64,000 nt of DNA from Planctomycetota bacterium (GTDB lineage: Bacteria > Planctomycetota > UBA8108 > SXIK01), in the NCBI GenBank assembly GCA_965223265.1, contig OZ244999.1, positions 960,001-1,024,000 of the forward strand, in the 5' to 3' direction. The notes under the pieces were generated by a model. It was given only the letters and a program-made list of their open reading frames with translations. It was not told the DNA's origin and made no database searches. The translations under genes were made by a program, and so were the position numbers. Positions 19,949 through 29,282 of the stretch are shown here, in pieces (position 1 is the first letter of the stretch; each line of letters opens with the position of its first letter).

Positions 19949-20201
19949 CTCGAGTTTGGCCATTTCGCGCCGGCCTGGCCGGACGAGTTTCGCGGGAATT
20001 CAACGGCCCTTTCGACTTTTTCGTACCCTGAGAACCCTTGTGCATGTTTAAAAACTCCTGTCCGGCCCTTCGGGGAAAGCCAGGAGCGCCGATGCCTGCG
20101 CCCGTCCTCCGCCACGACCCGAGCGGGATCGCGCCCGAGTCGCTCCTTGGCCTCGACGCTCCTGGCTTTCCCAGGCTCGACGCGAAATGGCCAAACTCGA
20201 G
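19949..20201. mobile_element. Non-coding element with 21-bp perfect terminal inverted repeats
   Basis: CTCGAGTTTGGCCATTTCGCG at 19949-69 and its reverse complement at 20181-201; internal 16-bp IR at 20073-88/20157-72; CTAA close to both flanks. Confidence 0.65.
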
Positions 20202-20205
20202 CTAA

Positions 20206-20380
20206 CAGCCCGTTGAAAAAGTCATTCGGCCGAGAAATTGGCCTCTTCACGCCCAGATCGACCGCGGCGAGCCTCGCCGTTATGTCTCATGGAAGGGCTC
20301 GGAGATTACCTACGTTCGCCGCGGTCGATCTGGACGCGAAGCGACCAGTTTTCGACTCGAAGCACTTTTTCAACAGGCTG
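20206..20380. mobile_element. Palindromic MITE, copy A
   Basis: TIR CAGCCCGTTGAAAAAGT/ACTTTTTCAACAGGCTG; CTAA direct repeat on both sides; near-identical to the copies at 33574 and 41261. Confidence 0.8.
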
Positions 20381-20583
20381 CTAACGAATCCATTTTAGAC
20401 CCGGATCAATGGAATCCCATGAATACCCTATTGAAAACGTGCTTCGAGCCGAAAGACCGTCGGTCTGAACGTGAGGAAGGGGGCCTTTCCGCGGCCCAAA
20501 CTCCTCGCGCCGCACTCTCTTTTCTGCGGCCAGCGCGTCCCAGGTGTTACCCGCTACGGAGCTTTGGAATCTGCTCTATACTG

Positions 20584-23010
20584 CTAGAAGCGAGTCCCGA
20601 TCGTGAAGAGGAACAGCCGCTCGCGGTCCTCGTCCTCCGAGCGTATGGCCTTGCCGAAATAAAGGCCGATTGGGAGAGGTTGTCCGAGAAACGGGAAATT
20701 GATGCGGAGGCCGCCACCGAGAACGAGCCGGGTGCGGTCGAAGTCGAGATCGTCGAACTCGCGCGCAAGATTGCCGTAATCTAGAAATACCACCCCGCGG
20801 AGCATCTTGGTGTAGAGCGGAAAGGTGTACTCGAGATTGCCGTACCACATGATGTCACCGCCGATCGGATCGCGGTTCTCATGCGGACCCATGCCCCGAA
20901 AGCGAAACCCGCGTACCGTGTTCGGACCGCCGAGGAAGAAACGTTCGAAGATCGGAATTTCATCGAGATCGTGGTGCGGCTCGATGACCCCGAAGCGGTT
21001 GTTGAGGGAAATTACGTGGTGCAGCGTATCCCTTCCGAGCTGAAACTCGTAGAGCGGGAAGTAGAACTCGTTCGTCAGCTCACCCTTGTGAAAGTCGACC
21101 TCGCCGCCGAGAACGCCACCGGCGTATTCGTAGAAGAGGACGCTGTTGGTGCCGCTGTAGGGGCCTTCGAGGTACTCGAACAGCACCTTGTCGTAGCTGA
21201 GGGACGAGTTGACGGCGATGACGGTCGTGTGCCCCTTGGCTTCGAATGCCGCCGTCGGCGCGTCTGCCTCGAGGCGATGGATTTCCACCTCTTCGAGTCG
21301 GTGCCCGAACGAAGCGACGAAGTCGCGGTCGAATCCGAACGCATGACCGATGCGCGGTGCAAAAGTTGCTCGATCCTCGTCGTAGTCCTCTCGAATGATG
21401 GTCAGTTGTGACGCCGACAGCGTCAGCGCGTTACGCGTCTTGAAGAGGTAGGGCTCAACGAACGTGAACCGATACAGAGACCGTCGCGTTCCAGGCTGGG
21501 CCGCGATGTCGAGCGTTTGCCCGTTGCCAGTGAACGAGTCCGGGATGTCGTAGAACGAGTCAGGAAAATCTGTAATGTCGAAGTTGCGCTTGCTGATGCT
21601 GAAATTTCCGATGATCCCGAAACCACTCGTGACGCCGAAACCCAGAATCAGACGACCGGTCGATTCTTCGACGACGTTGATGATGAGGTGCTTGTTGCCT
21701 GGCGACGAGCCCTCTTCATAGGTGATGTAAACGTCGCTGAAGTACTGCAGACGATGCAGGTTCGATTCTGTTTCGGTAATGCGTGACCGATCGACGCGTT
21801 CTCCTGGATTCATGTCTGCTTCGCGCCGGATGACCTCTTCTCTTGTCTTTTCGTTGCCGTGAACGCGTAGCTCCTCGATGTAGACCTCGTTGTTCTCGAC
21901 GATCTCGAAACGTACGAAGACGTCGTTACCCACCTCGAACGGAATCGGCCTCGCGTCTACCCTGGCGTCGATGTAGGCTCGGTTGCCGTAGTAGTTAAAA
22001 ATCTCTTCCCGATCACGCAGAATCTCATCGAAGTTGTACGGCTGTCCAGGCAGCGTCGACGTTAGGTCTCGAAGCGTCTGCTCTGAGAACACAGCGTTGC
22101 CGCGAAACCGATAGCCGCGGAAGATGTACTGGTCTCCTTCGTGAATACGGATGACGATCCGAAGCCGCGTCATATCGGTCGACGGCTCGATCGTCTCGAG
22201 TTCGGCCCGCGCATCGAAGTAACCGTAGCGACGATAGTAGTTCGCGAGGCTGAGAAGGTCGGTTTGCAGGTCGTCGTACTCGTAGAAGCCAGGAGTCAGC
22301 AGCCCGAAGAACCATCCCTTCTTACGGGTTTCCATGAGGCTGCGAAGTTCGGATGAGCTGAATGCCTTATTGCCGATGAAGGTGACTTCTCTGACCCTGA
22401 CGCGGACTCCCTCGCTGATCTCGAAGATCACGCGGACACCCTCGGGGAGTGTCTCGGTGTGAAACTTCACCGACGCGAAATTGTACCCAGCGGCGTGGTA
22501 CTTCTCGCGGATCGCCTCGCGATCTTGTACGAGGTGTGAGCGATTGAGGCGTGACCCGACGCGCGTGCGCAGTGACGGCGCTTCATTCCGCAAGTGCTTT
22601 TCTGAGAGCGCCTTTCGCCCCACGAATCGTAGGGACGAGACGACCGGGCGCTCTTTGACGGTAAAGACAATCTTGACGCCGTTGTCGAGATCGATTTTGC
22701 GCCAATTGATCTCCTCAAACTTGCCCGTCTGGTGGAGCTGCTCGAAGGCTCGATTGATCTTCGCGTCGGACCAATCTTCGCCGTAGCGCAGGTTTCGCTC
22801 GAGAGCCGTGACGAGGTTAGCTTTCGACTCTCGGGATAAACCCTCAATATCGATTTCTCGAATGACCCGACTTCGCTCCGGCGCTTGCGCAGTACACGGA
22901 GTCGAGCCGCTCCAGCCGACGCAGGTGCAGCTCACCAGCAACTGGAGGACGATCCGCCAGCGCAAAGGTAGGATCGTCGTCGAGCTTGGCCGCGAAGCGG
23001 ATTTCAACAT
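20584..23010 (-). CDS. bamA: Outer membrane protein assembly factor BamA
   Basis: POTRA repeats (GNEKTREEVIRRE), FTFVEPYLF, GGPNTVRGF and C-terminal FTIGTRF. Confidence 0.93.
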   Translation of the reverse strand: MLKSASRPSSTTILPLRWRIVLQLLVSCTCVGWSGSTPCTAQAPERSRVIREIDIEGLSRESKANLVTALERNLRYGEDWSDAKINRAFEQLHQTGKFEEINWRKIDLDNGVKIVFTVKERPVVSSLRFVGRKALSEKHLRNEAPSLRTRVGSRLNRSHLVQDREAIREKYHAAGYNFASVKFHTETLPEGVRVIFEISEGVRVRVREVTFIGNKAFSSSELRSLMETRKKGWFFGLLTPGFYEYDDLQTDLLSLANYYRRYGYFDARAELETIEPSTDMTRLRIVIRIHEGDQYIFRGYRFRGNAVFSEQTLRDLTSTLPGQPYNFDEILRDREEIFNYYGNRAYIDARVDARPIPFEVGNDVFVRFEIVENNEVYIEELRVHGNEKTREEVIRREADMNPGERVDRSRITETESNLHRLQYFSDVYITYEEGSSPGNKHLIINVVEESTGRLILGFGVTSGFGIIGNFSISKRNFDITDFPDSFYDIPDSFTGNGQTLDIAAQPGTRRSLYRFTFVEPYLFKTRNALTLSASQLTIIREDYDEDRATFAPRIGHAFGFDRDFVASFGHRLEEVEIHRLEADAPTAAFEAKGHTTVIAVNSSLSYDKVLFEYLEGPYSGTNSVLFYEYAGGVLGGEVDFHKGELTNEFYFPLYEFQLGRDTLHHVISLNNRFGVIEPHHDLDEIPIFERFFLGGPNTVRGFRFRGMGPHENRDPIGGDIMWYGNLEYTFPLYTKMLRGVVFLDYGNLAREFDDLDFDRTRLVLGGGLRINFPFLGQPLPIGLYFGKAIRSEDEDRERLFLFTIGTRF

Positions 23011-23442
23011 AGGCTCATGGGTGTAATGAAATCACGAGGTGCTGTCAAGGAAGTCGTCGGAACAGCGTCAGCTGGATGCACGGGCTGCGAGGGCGCCTGC
23101 CGAGCCCGTCTTTTCGGCAAATGACGTCCCTCAGCGATTGGCGCCTTCCGTGGCGCGGCCCCCAATCGAAATCACGGCGTCGACGCAGGCCGCAACGGCC
23201 TTCGCCCGGGTTTGGGGAAGCTGTTCGGACGAAAACCCGCCTGAGAGCCGACGCAGACACGTCCCACAGTTTGACGATCTGTCCACCTTGTTGCGCTGTA
23301 CCGGCTCCGTGGTTTTGTCTTAACTGTTTTCCAAGTAACGATTTGCGCTGGATTCTTGAGCCTGCGGCCTGGCGGCATGTGCATTGCTCTTAGATGCCCG
23401 TCGCCCAGGGAAAAGCCGGAACACTTGATCGCGAAAGAAGAG

Positions 23443-23892
23443 ATGGAGTCGAAACTAATCTCTATTCATGACGCCCAGCGCATGCTGCCGCTTCTGCGCC
23501 GAATCGTTACCGACATCACTCAGAAGTGGGAATTGATCATCTACAAGCGCACCGAGCTTGAGTGCCTTGAGAAGGGAATCGATTCGGCTCAGGATGAAAT
23601 GTCACCTCAAGAGCGCAAGGAGAAGATCGAGACGCTCAAGGTGGAGCTCAATCAACTCATCGACAAGATCAACAGCTACATTCGCGAGGTCGAGGATCTC
23701 GGCTGTTTTGTCGAGGAATTTAAGCGCGGGATCATCAACTTCCCGTCGCTCTACAATGGCAGGAAGATCTTTCTCTGCTGGGTTCCAGGTGAGGAAACCA
23801 TCGGCTTTTGGCATGAACTCGACGAGAGCTTCAAGGACCGCGTCGCGATCCAGGATGCCAGCGACTTCCTCTGCCAGAAACCGCGCGTTTGA
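23443..23892 (+). CDS. DUF2203 domain protein
   Basis: A..MLPLLRRIV..LGC..GIINFPS..LCWVPGE..IGFWH..F.DR pattern. Confidence 0.8.
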   Translation: MESKLISIHDAQRMLPLLRRIVTDITQKWELIIYKRTELECLEKGIDSAQDEMSPQERKEKIETLKVELNQLIDKINSYIREVEDLGCFVEEFKRGIINFPSLYNGRKIFLCWVPGEETIGFWHELDESFKDRVAIQDASDFLCQKPRV

Positions 23893-24160
23893 GCGACGTT
23901 CGACGTACGGTCGAGCGACCCCTTCCACGGCAGGCCTGCCTCACAGTCCGTCGAAGAGCCCCTTCTGAAAAGTAACCGAACCCCGCTGTAGTGCTAGGGT
24001 TCGTTATAGACTGGGCGGTTGAGTGCAAGCCACCATGGGGTCGAAAGCCAAGCTGCCGCGCGCCCGTCCTTCCTTTCTGTCTCTTCGTCTTGGTTTCCGG
24101 AGATCGAACAGAAGCAAACGAAGGCAACAAAGGGGCTCCAACGGACAGCTGGGACGCTGT

Positions 24161-24264
24161 TTTTCAACGGGGCTGCTAAGAATGGGCGCTTCGTGGAGCG
24201 CGGCCAAACTCGAGACAGCCCGTTGAAACAGTCATCCGGCTGAAAAAAACCGGATCAACAGGCT
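24161..24264. repeat. Degenerate or internally deleted MITE fragments
   Basis: TTTTCAACGGGGCTG-CTAA right end; GGCCAAACTCGAG; mini element CAGCCCGTTGAAAC..TCAACAGGCT at 24216-24264. Confidence 0.6.
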
Positions 24265-25078
24265 ACGAGGACGCCAGTTCGTTGAGTACGTCTTCGCTCA
24301 GGTCGATGTCGCTGTAGACGTTTTGGACGTCGTCGTGGTCTTCAAGCTCACTGATCAAGTCCAGGACTTGCCTCGCCTTTGAGGCGTCGAGCGGCACGGG
24401 GTTTTGCGGCACGTAAAGAAACTCGCTGCGGGTGAAAATCGGGCGTTCATCGTCAGCCGCTCCCCACTTTTTTTCGGGCACGCTGCGTTTCTGTGCGAGG
24501 AACTCTTGGAGGCCGGCGCGGACCGCTTCGAAGTCCTCCGCCTTACAGTAAACGTCGAATCCAGGCACCTCGCCTTCGCTCGGCTCGATGCTCTCCGCTC
24601 CAGCGTCTATGCCGACTTCGAACAGCTCTTCCTCAGAGGCGTCGTCTGCGGCCACGCCGAAGACGCCACGGCGATCGAACTTCCATAGCACGGAGTTGGT
24701 CTTGCCAAGCGAACCGCCACGTCGCTCGAGGAGATTCCGCACCTCTCCGCCCGTGCGGTTACGGTTCTCTGTGAGGGCTTCAACGATGAGCGAAATCCCC
24801 CCCGGGGAGATCCCCTCATACGTGAGCTCGACGACGTCGTCAGACGCGCTTTCACCTGTACCCTTCTTGATCGCTCGTTCGATCGAATCCTTGGGCATCG
24901 ATTCGGCTCGTGCCCTGTCGATCGCGTAGCGCAGGCGGAGGTTCTCAGCCGGATTGCCGCCGCCGCTGCGCGCAGCGACCATAATGAGTTTCGCGAGTTT
25001 GGAGAATATCTTCCCGCGCTTAGCGTCCGCAGCTCCCTTGCGGTGCTTGATGTTGTTCCACTTGGAATGTCCTGCCAT
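24263..25078 (-). CDS. yebC: YebC/PmpR (TACO1) family protein
   Basis: MAGHSKWNNIKHRKG, YEG..PGG, TENRNRT and LEDHDDVQNVY motifs. Confidence 0.95.
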   Translation of the reverse strand: MAGHSKWNNIKHRKGAADAKRGKIFSKLAKLIMVAARSGGGNPAENLRLRYAIDRARAESMPKDSIERAIKKGTGESASDDVVELTYEGISPGGISLIVEALTENRNRTGGEVRNLLERRGGSLGKTNSVLWKFDRRGVFGVAADDASEEELFEVGIDAGAESIEPSEGEVPGFDVYCKAEDFEAVRAGLQEFLAQKRSVPEKKWGAADDERPIFTRSEFLYVPQNPVPLDASKARQVLDLISELEDHDDVQNVYSDIDLSEDVLNELASS

Positions 25079-25094
25079 GGGTCTTACCCGCTAA

Positions 25095-25895
25095 TTATCT
25101 CGCTGAACTCTTGCCCACCTTCTTGCTGGCCTTCTTGGCTTTCTTCTTCGGCGCGCCACCCCCTTTGCTCTCAGTCGCCCCGCTTGCCTTCTTCGTCTTG
25201 CTCGAAGCTGCTCTACGCGGGAGCTTTTTGACGTAGGTCGCGAACGAGTTCCTCAGGGCGGTTTTCGCGTTCTTGAGATCCGTTTCTTCAAATGCGTTCA
25301 AGGCCCGACTGAGGTCGAGGAGAAAGTGATGGAACGGCAAGACCCTCTCGGACTCGAGCATGTCGTAGAGCCCCTTCGCCTTGCGGTCTCTCGTATCGGC
25401 ACTGCCGACGATTCCCGCAGCGCTTAGAAGTTGATCGATGCCGGGATTGAGGGGAAACACGGGATGTTCCTTACGGCGCAGAAGTATGAGATCGATCGTC
25501 GCCGTGTCAATATTGCGAATCTGCTTGAGGAAACGCCGTGTGTCGGTGAGGTTCTCTTCGGCGAAAAACTCAAGGCAGACTCGCTGGCGTTCTCGATGGA
25601 CGAATTCGAGGAAATCTTTGATAAACACAGCGATCTCTAGCGAGTCGGCACCAGACGGCAACTGCTCTCGGATTTCCTGAACTGTGCTAACGCGCACTTC
25701 GTTCCAGTCGACGAATTCACTCTTGAGTTGATGATAGCTCTTGAGGGCTTTGGACGCCGGCATGTTGAGGTGGAGACGATGAAAAACGATCGTCTCGACA
25801 ACCGTCTCGGGGTAAGCCGCGATCGACACTCCTCGCGCTTTTTCGTCCTGCTCGGTCTTTTTGATCAACTGCGCGAGCTTGTCAGCCGTTTTCAC
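25095..25895 (-). CDS. HhH-GPD/endonuclease III-like protein, degenerate, with Lys-rich tail
   Basis: FVDWNEVRVS..EI motif; degenerate HhH region; no FeS cysteines; K/A/S-rich C-terminus. Confidence 0.6.
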   Translation of the reverse strand: MKTADKLAQLIKKTEQDEKARGVSIAAYPETVVETIVFHRLHLNMPASKALKSYHQLKSEFVDWNEVRVSTVQEIREQLPSGADSLEIAVFIKDFLEFVHRERQRVCLEFFAEENLTDTRRFLKQIRNIDTATIDLILLRRKEHPVFPLNPGIDQLLSAAGIVGSADTRDRKAKGLYDMLESERVLPFHHFLLDLSRALNAFEETDLKNAKTALRNSFATYVKKLPRRAASSKTKKASGATESKGGGAPKKKAKKASKKVGKSSAR

Positions 25896-26097
25896 TACGT
25901 CTCCTTGGTCTTACCTTCTCAGAGCTGCCGCGCCTGCGTGGTCTGCCAGTTTTCGGAATATGCGCCACTCCTGCTGAACTCAAACCAGACGCGGCGCGGG
26001 TGCTGCGGCGAACGTCGAGCTCGCGGCAATTTGGTCACCACCACGGGGCTCGGTCGTAGGCTTCTAAGGTCTTTGACGCGAATGGTTTGGGCCTGGA

Positions 26098-26126
26098 ATT
26101 ATAGCAACCTGTCGGGCGGGTTGCAA
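26098..26126 (-). promoter_or_regulatory. Sigma70-type promoter (TTGCAA-17-TATAAT, extended -10)
   Basis: Minus strand reads TTGCAA CCCGCCCGACAGGTTGC TATAAT upstream of the 25895 gene. Confidence 0.65.
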
Positions 26127-26311
26127 AGAACTGGAGCGGCGACTGGCATCCTGCGCATCGCCCTCATTGGCAGTCTTTCCGGAACGACAAAACTCAACTC
26201 GCCGCGTTCCGCCCGGCCTTTCCTGACGGGCAAGGCCACCTCGATGGTTGGGGCTAGCTTCGTCAGGTATACTTGACCGATTGTCAGTCTCCAACCATTT
26301 AAACTGGTGCC

Positions 26312-27772
26312 GTGCACTCCCCTAGTCAACTAGCCTCCAGGCCGACCAGCAATCTTCCGATCGCCCTCGATGACGTGTTCACTGGGGACGATCTGGCGAT
26401 GATTCTCGGAACATGCCTGCCCGACGCCGCGTTCGTCTGTGAATCGGAGTCCGGGCGTATCCTCGCCTGCAATCAAAAGTTCCTTGAGCTCGCCGCCATT
26501 GACGCCGCATCCCCCGATATCGCGCTGTGGCGTGACCAGCTGATTCACTTCGACTCGGGCGATGATTTGTCATCGTCGCGCCGTGCTGACGGCGCGTGGG
26601 TCGAGGCCCACGTCCAGGCGTTGTCGAGTCCCCCCGTACCCGTTCGGGTGAGCGAGACTCCTCTGTCGTGGCATCAGGCTTCGTACCAGCTCTGTTTCGC
26701 TCGTGACATCCGCCCGGAAAAGATGCGTGACGCCGATTGGAAACGGCAGGTCGAAGAGCAAAAAGGTCGAGCCCTCACAGCGATCGCGTCCTCGCTCCGC
26801 GTCTACCACCTGTCCGAAAAGATCAAGTGGACGCCGATTCTCACTCGGGATCTCCTGTGTCTCGACAACGAGCAAGATCTGCTGCGTCACGCAGCCGAGC
26901 TGTTGACAGATGACGCCGGACTCAACTACCAGGACGTGTCGTTCATTCTTGCTCGCGACGACCGGTTGGAAGTCGCCTTCACCACTCGAGATTTAGCGTC
27001 AGCTGATTTGCTGAGCGGCCGGGAAAAAGTGTACCGGCGATTTCTCGAGGGAGAGTCAGAGATCGGCGAAACGGACGAAGGCATTCTTGTGCGGTTGGAG
27101 CTCCACGGCAACTTGGTCGGTTGCTGCGAAGTGCTTCCATATGAACGTGAGAAGGCCTTCTTCGACGGGCTGGCTCGAATGAGTGAGCTGCAATCGGAGT
27201 TTCTCGCCGCACTTGGGGACATCCTGTCTCTCCTCCTTGCCAACATGCGACTGCAGGGTGAGATTCGTCGCCAATCTGTCATCGATCCGCTCACCGAGAC
27301 CTTCAACCGCCGGCACTTCATGGAACGGCTGCGTAGCGAGATGGAGCGGGCCGCTCGCTACGATCGCGAGATCTCACTCGTCTTCGTTGACCTCGACGGA
27401 TTCAAGTACGTCAACGACGAATTCGGGCATCTCCATGGGGATTATGTGCTGAAGGAAATCGCGTCGATTCTCATGGAGATTTTTCGCGAGGTTGACAGCG
27501 TTTGTCGCTATGGCGGCGACGAGTTCGTCATCCTGCTGCCTGAGACCGGCCAGGAAATGGCTCGGCAGGCGGCGTCAAAACTTGTCGATGCCGTGGCGTC
27601 GCACTCGTTCATCGATTTGAACGACTCGTCGAAGAGCCTCCCCATCACCGTCAGTGTCGGAGTCAGCACTCGTTCGTCACCGGTGAGTCAAGACGAGTTC
27701 TTGCACGCCGCCGACTTGGCGCTTCTCAAGGCGAAGCGGCAAGGAAAGAATCAGGTCGCCAGTCATCCGTAG
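26312..27772 (+). CDS. Diguanylate cyclase (PAS-like, GAF-like and GGDEF domains)
   Basis: DPLTETFNRR, DLDGFKYVNDEFGH..GD, I-site REVD and RYGGDEF. Start uncertain. Confidence 0.92.
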   Translation: MHSPSQLASRPTSNLPIALDDVFTGDDLAMILGTCLPDAAFVCESESGRILACNQKFLELAAIDAASPDIALWRDQLIHFDSGDDLSSSRRADGAWVEAHVQALSSPPVPVRVSETPLSWHQASYQLCFARDIRPEKMRDADWKRQVEEQKGRALTAIASSLRVYHLSEKIKWTPILTRDLLCLDNEQDLLRHAAELLTDDAGLNYQDVSFILARDDRLEVAFTTRDLASADLLSGREKVYRRFLEGESEIGETDEGILVRLELHGNLVGCCEVLPYEREKAFFDGLARMSELQSEFLAALGDILSLLLANMRLQGEIRRQSVIDPLTETFNRRHFMERLRSEMERAARYDREISLVFVDLDGFKYVNDEFGHLHGDYVLKEIASILMEIFREVDSVCRYGGDEFVILLPETGQEMARQAASKLVDAVASHSFIDLNDSSKSLPITVSVGVSTRSSPVSQDEFLHAADLALLKAKRQGKNQVASHP

Positions 27773-27849
27773 GGATGCGGTTAGGCGTCGATGAGGCGGA
27801 TGTTGGCGCGACTCTTCAGTAGCGCCCGCACGAATGGATGTTTCGTGCG

Positions 27850-28302
27850 CTAGAGTTCTTCGTCGTCCTCTTCATCGTCCTCTTCTTCTTCGTCGTAGTC
27901 GAAGTCGTCATCATCATCATCATCGTCGTCGTCGAAGTCGTCGAGATCGTCGAGATCGTCGTCATCATCGTCGAGATCGTCCATGTCTTCGTCGAAGGAA
28001 TCCTCATCGAGGTCATCGTCGAGATCATCGTCGATGTCGTCGTCGATGTCGTCGTCGATGTCGTCGTCGATGTCGTCGAGGTCGTCGTCGTCATCATCGT
28101 CGTCGTCTATGAAGTCGTCGAAATCTTCCTCGTCGTCGCCGTATTCATCGTCCTCTTCCTCCTCGTAGTCGAATTCGTCTTCGTCGGCATCGGTGTCGTC
28201 TTCAAGCTCGGTCTCGAAGTCATCGAAATCGTCGTCTTCGTCATAACCCAGGCGGCGGCTAGGAAGTGCTTCATCGACATCCGCAGGCGAAGTCAACGAC
28301 AT
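27850..28302 (-). CDS. Extremely acidic poly-Asp/Glu protein (~150 aa)
   Basis: Uninterrupted D/E-rich frame with mixed GAC/GAT codons and regular F/L/I/Y spacers, co-oriented downstream of rbfA. Start uncertain. Confidence 0.65.
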   Translation of the reverse strand: MSLTSPADVDEALPSRRLGYDEDDDFDDFETELEDDTDADEDEFDYEEEEDDEYGDDEEDFDDFIDDDDDDDDDLDDIDDDIDDDIDDDIDDDLDDDLDEDSFDEDMDDLDDDDDDLDDLDDFDDDDDDDDDDFDYDEEEEDDEEDDEEL

Positions 28303-28450
28303 GAAACGAGCCTGTCTGCGCGTCTCATGAGGTTTCGCCGTGACTTGCGACGACACGACCAGAGGGGCCTGGGAAATGGGGGTTAGAACGTGCTCGGCCA
28401 CCGGTTGACCACCCAGGTACCCAACACATCCATCAAGGCGCAAAAGTGGG

Positions 28451-28834
28451 CTACCCATTTTTTGACTCTCGATCCTCCCGCGAGGTCTCATCAATCAACG
28501 TCTCGATGCGAGAAACTTTATCTCGAGTGTCATCAAAAAGGAAGCGCAGAACCGGCGTGTTTCTGGTCTTCAGTCCGTGTCCGAGTTCGCGTTGGATGAA
28601 TCCTCGCGCGCTGTCTAAGGCGTGCTGGGCTTTCGATCGGTCCGCCCGCGAGCCCAAGATCGAAACGTACACCTTGGCTTCTTTCAAATCTTCGGTGGGC
28701 TCGACGTCGAGTACCGTGATGAAGCCGATACGGGGGTCGCGTAATTCGGTCTGGATAATGTGGCTGATGAGGAACTTCATCCGGCTGGCGATGCGGAGGA
28801 GCCGGCGGGAACCTCGGGGCTTCTCTGGTGGCAT
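28451..28834 (-). CDS. rbfA: Ribosome-binding factor A
   Basis: ELRDPRIGFITV..DLKEAKVYVS..RNTPVLRFLFD; lies downstream of infB. Confidence 0.95.
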   Translation of the reverse strand: MPPEKPRGSRRLLRIASRMKFLISHIIQTELRDPRIGFITVLDVEPTEDLKEAKVYVSILGSRADRSKAQHALDSARGFIQRELGHGLKTRNTPVLRFLFDDTRDKVSRIETLIDETSREDRESKNG

Positions 28835-29282
28835 GGGCAGACTTTAGCGGTCCGTTGAATGGGTCGTCCGGCTGAAAACCCGGCGTCGTCACGCTCAGCT
28901 GGACGGCGCCACGATTCGCAGCAATGTTTCGAGGACCTCGGAGAGGCGCTCCTTTGCCTCGGTCGCCCGGGACACGAAAGACTGGGCCTCGCGCCACCCC
29001 TCAACGTTCTGTCGGGCCCTCGAAGGGGAGAGGGGCCGATTGTGGCGCATTTCCCATCGCGTCACAACCCAAGAATTCGCCCGCCGTGCCCGCGCCACGC
29101 GGTTTGTTGAGCCAGTGTGTCTGGCTACATCAGCGGCGGGTGCAAAGCGGCGCTTCAGCCGAGTGACTTGTTCATAGTGCTCGGCTAGCTCGAGGAGCGC
29201 GCAGCCACACCCGGCGGGCGATCGGGCGGACAAATACGGCGCCCATCTGCCCTCCGCGACCCAAATAGTCCAACGCTCGAGG

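Noticed and set aside
19906-20398. Similar short ORFs at 19906-20398, 33565-33948 and 41211-41723 as a protein family
   Set aside because: The similarity comes from the MITE nucleotide repeat; there are no transposase motifs.
24009-24068. ZTP or c-di-GMP riboswitch
   Set aside because: Only partial word matches, key conserved 3' motifs are absent, and it is not upstream of a gene.
27838-28386. Very hydrophobic V/I-rich plus-strand ORF and R/H- or S-rich alternative frames
   Set aside because: These are antisense or frame shadows of the poly-Asp ORF (GAC/GAT read as GTC/ATC).
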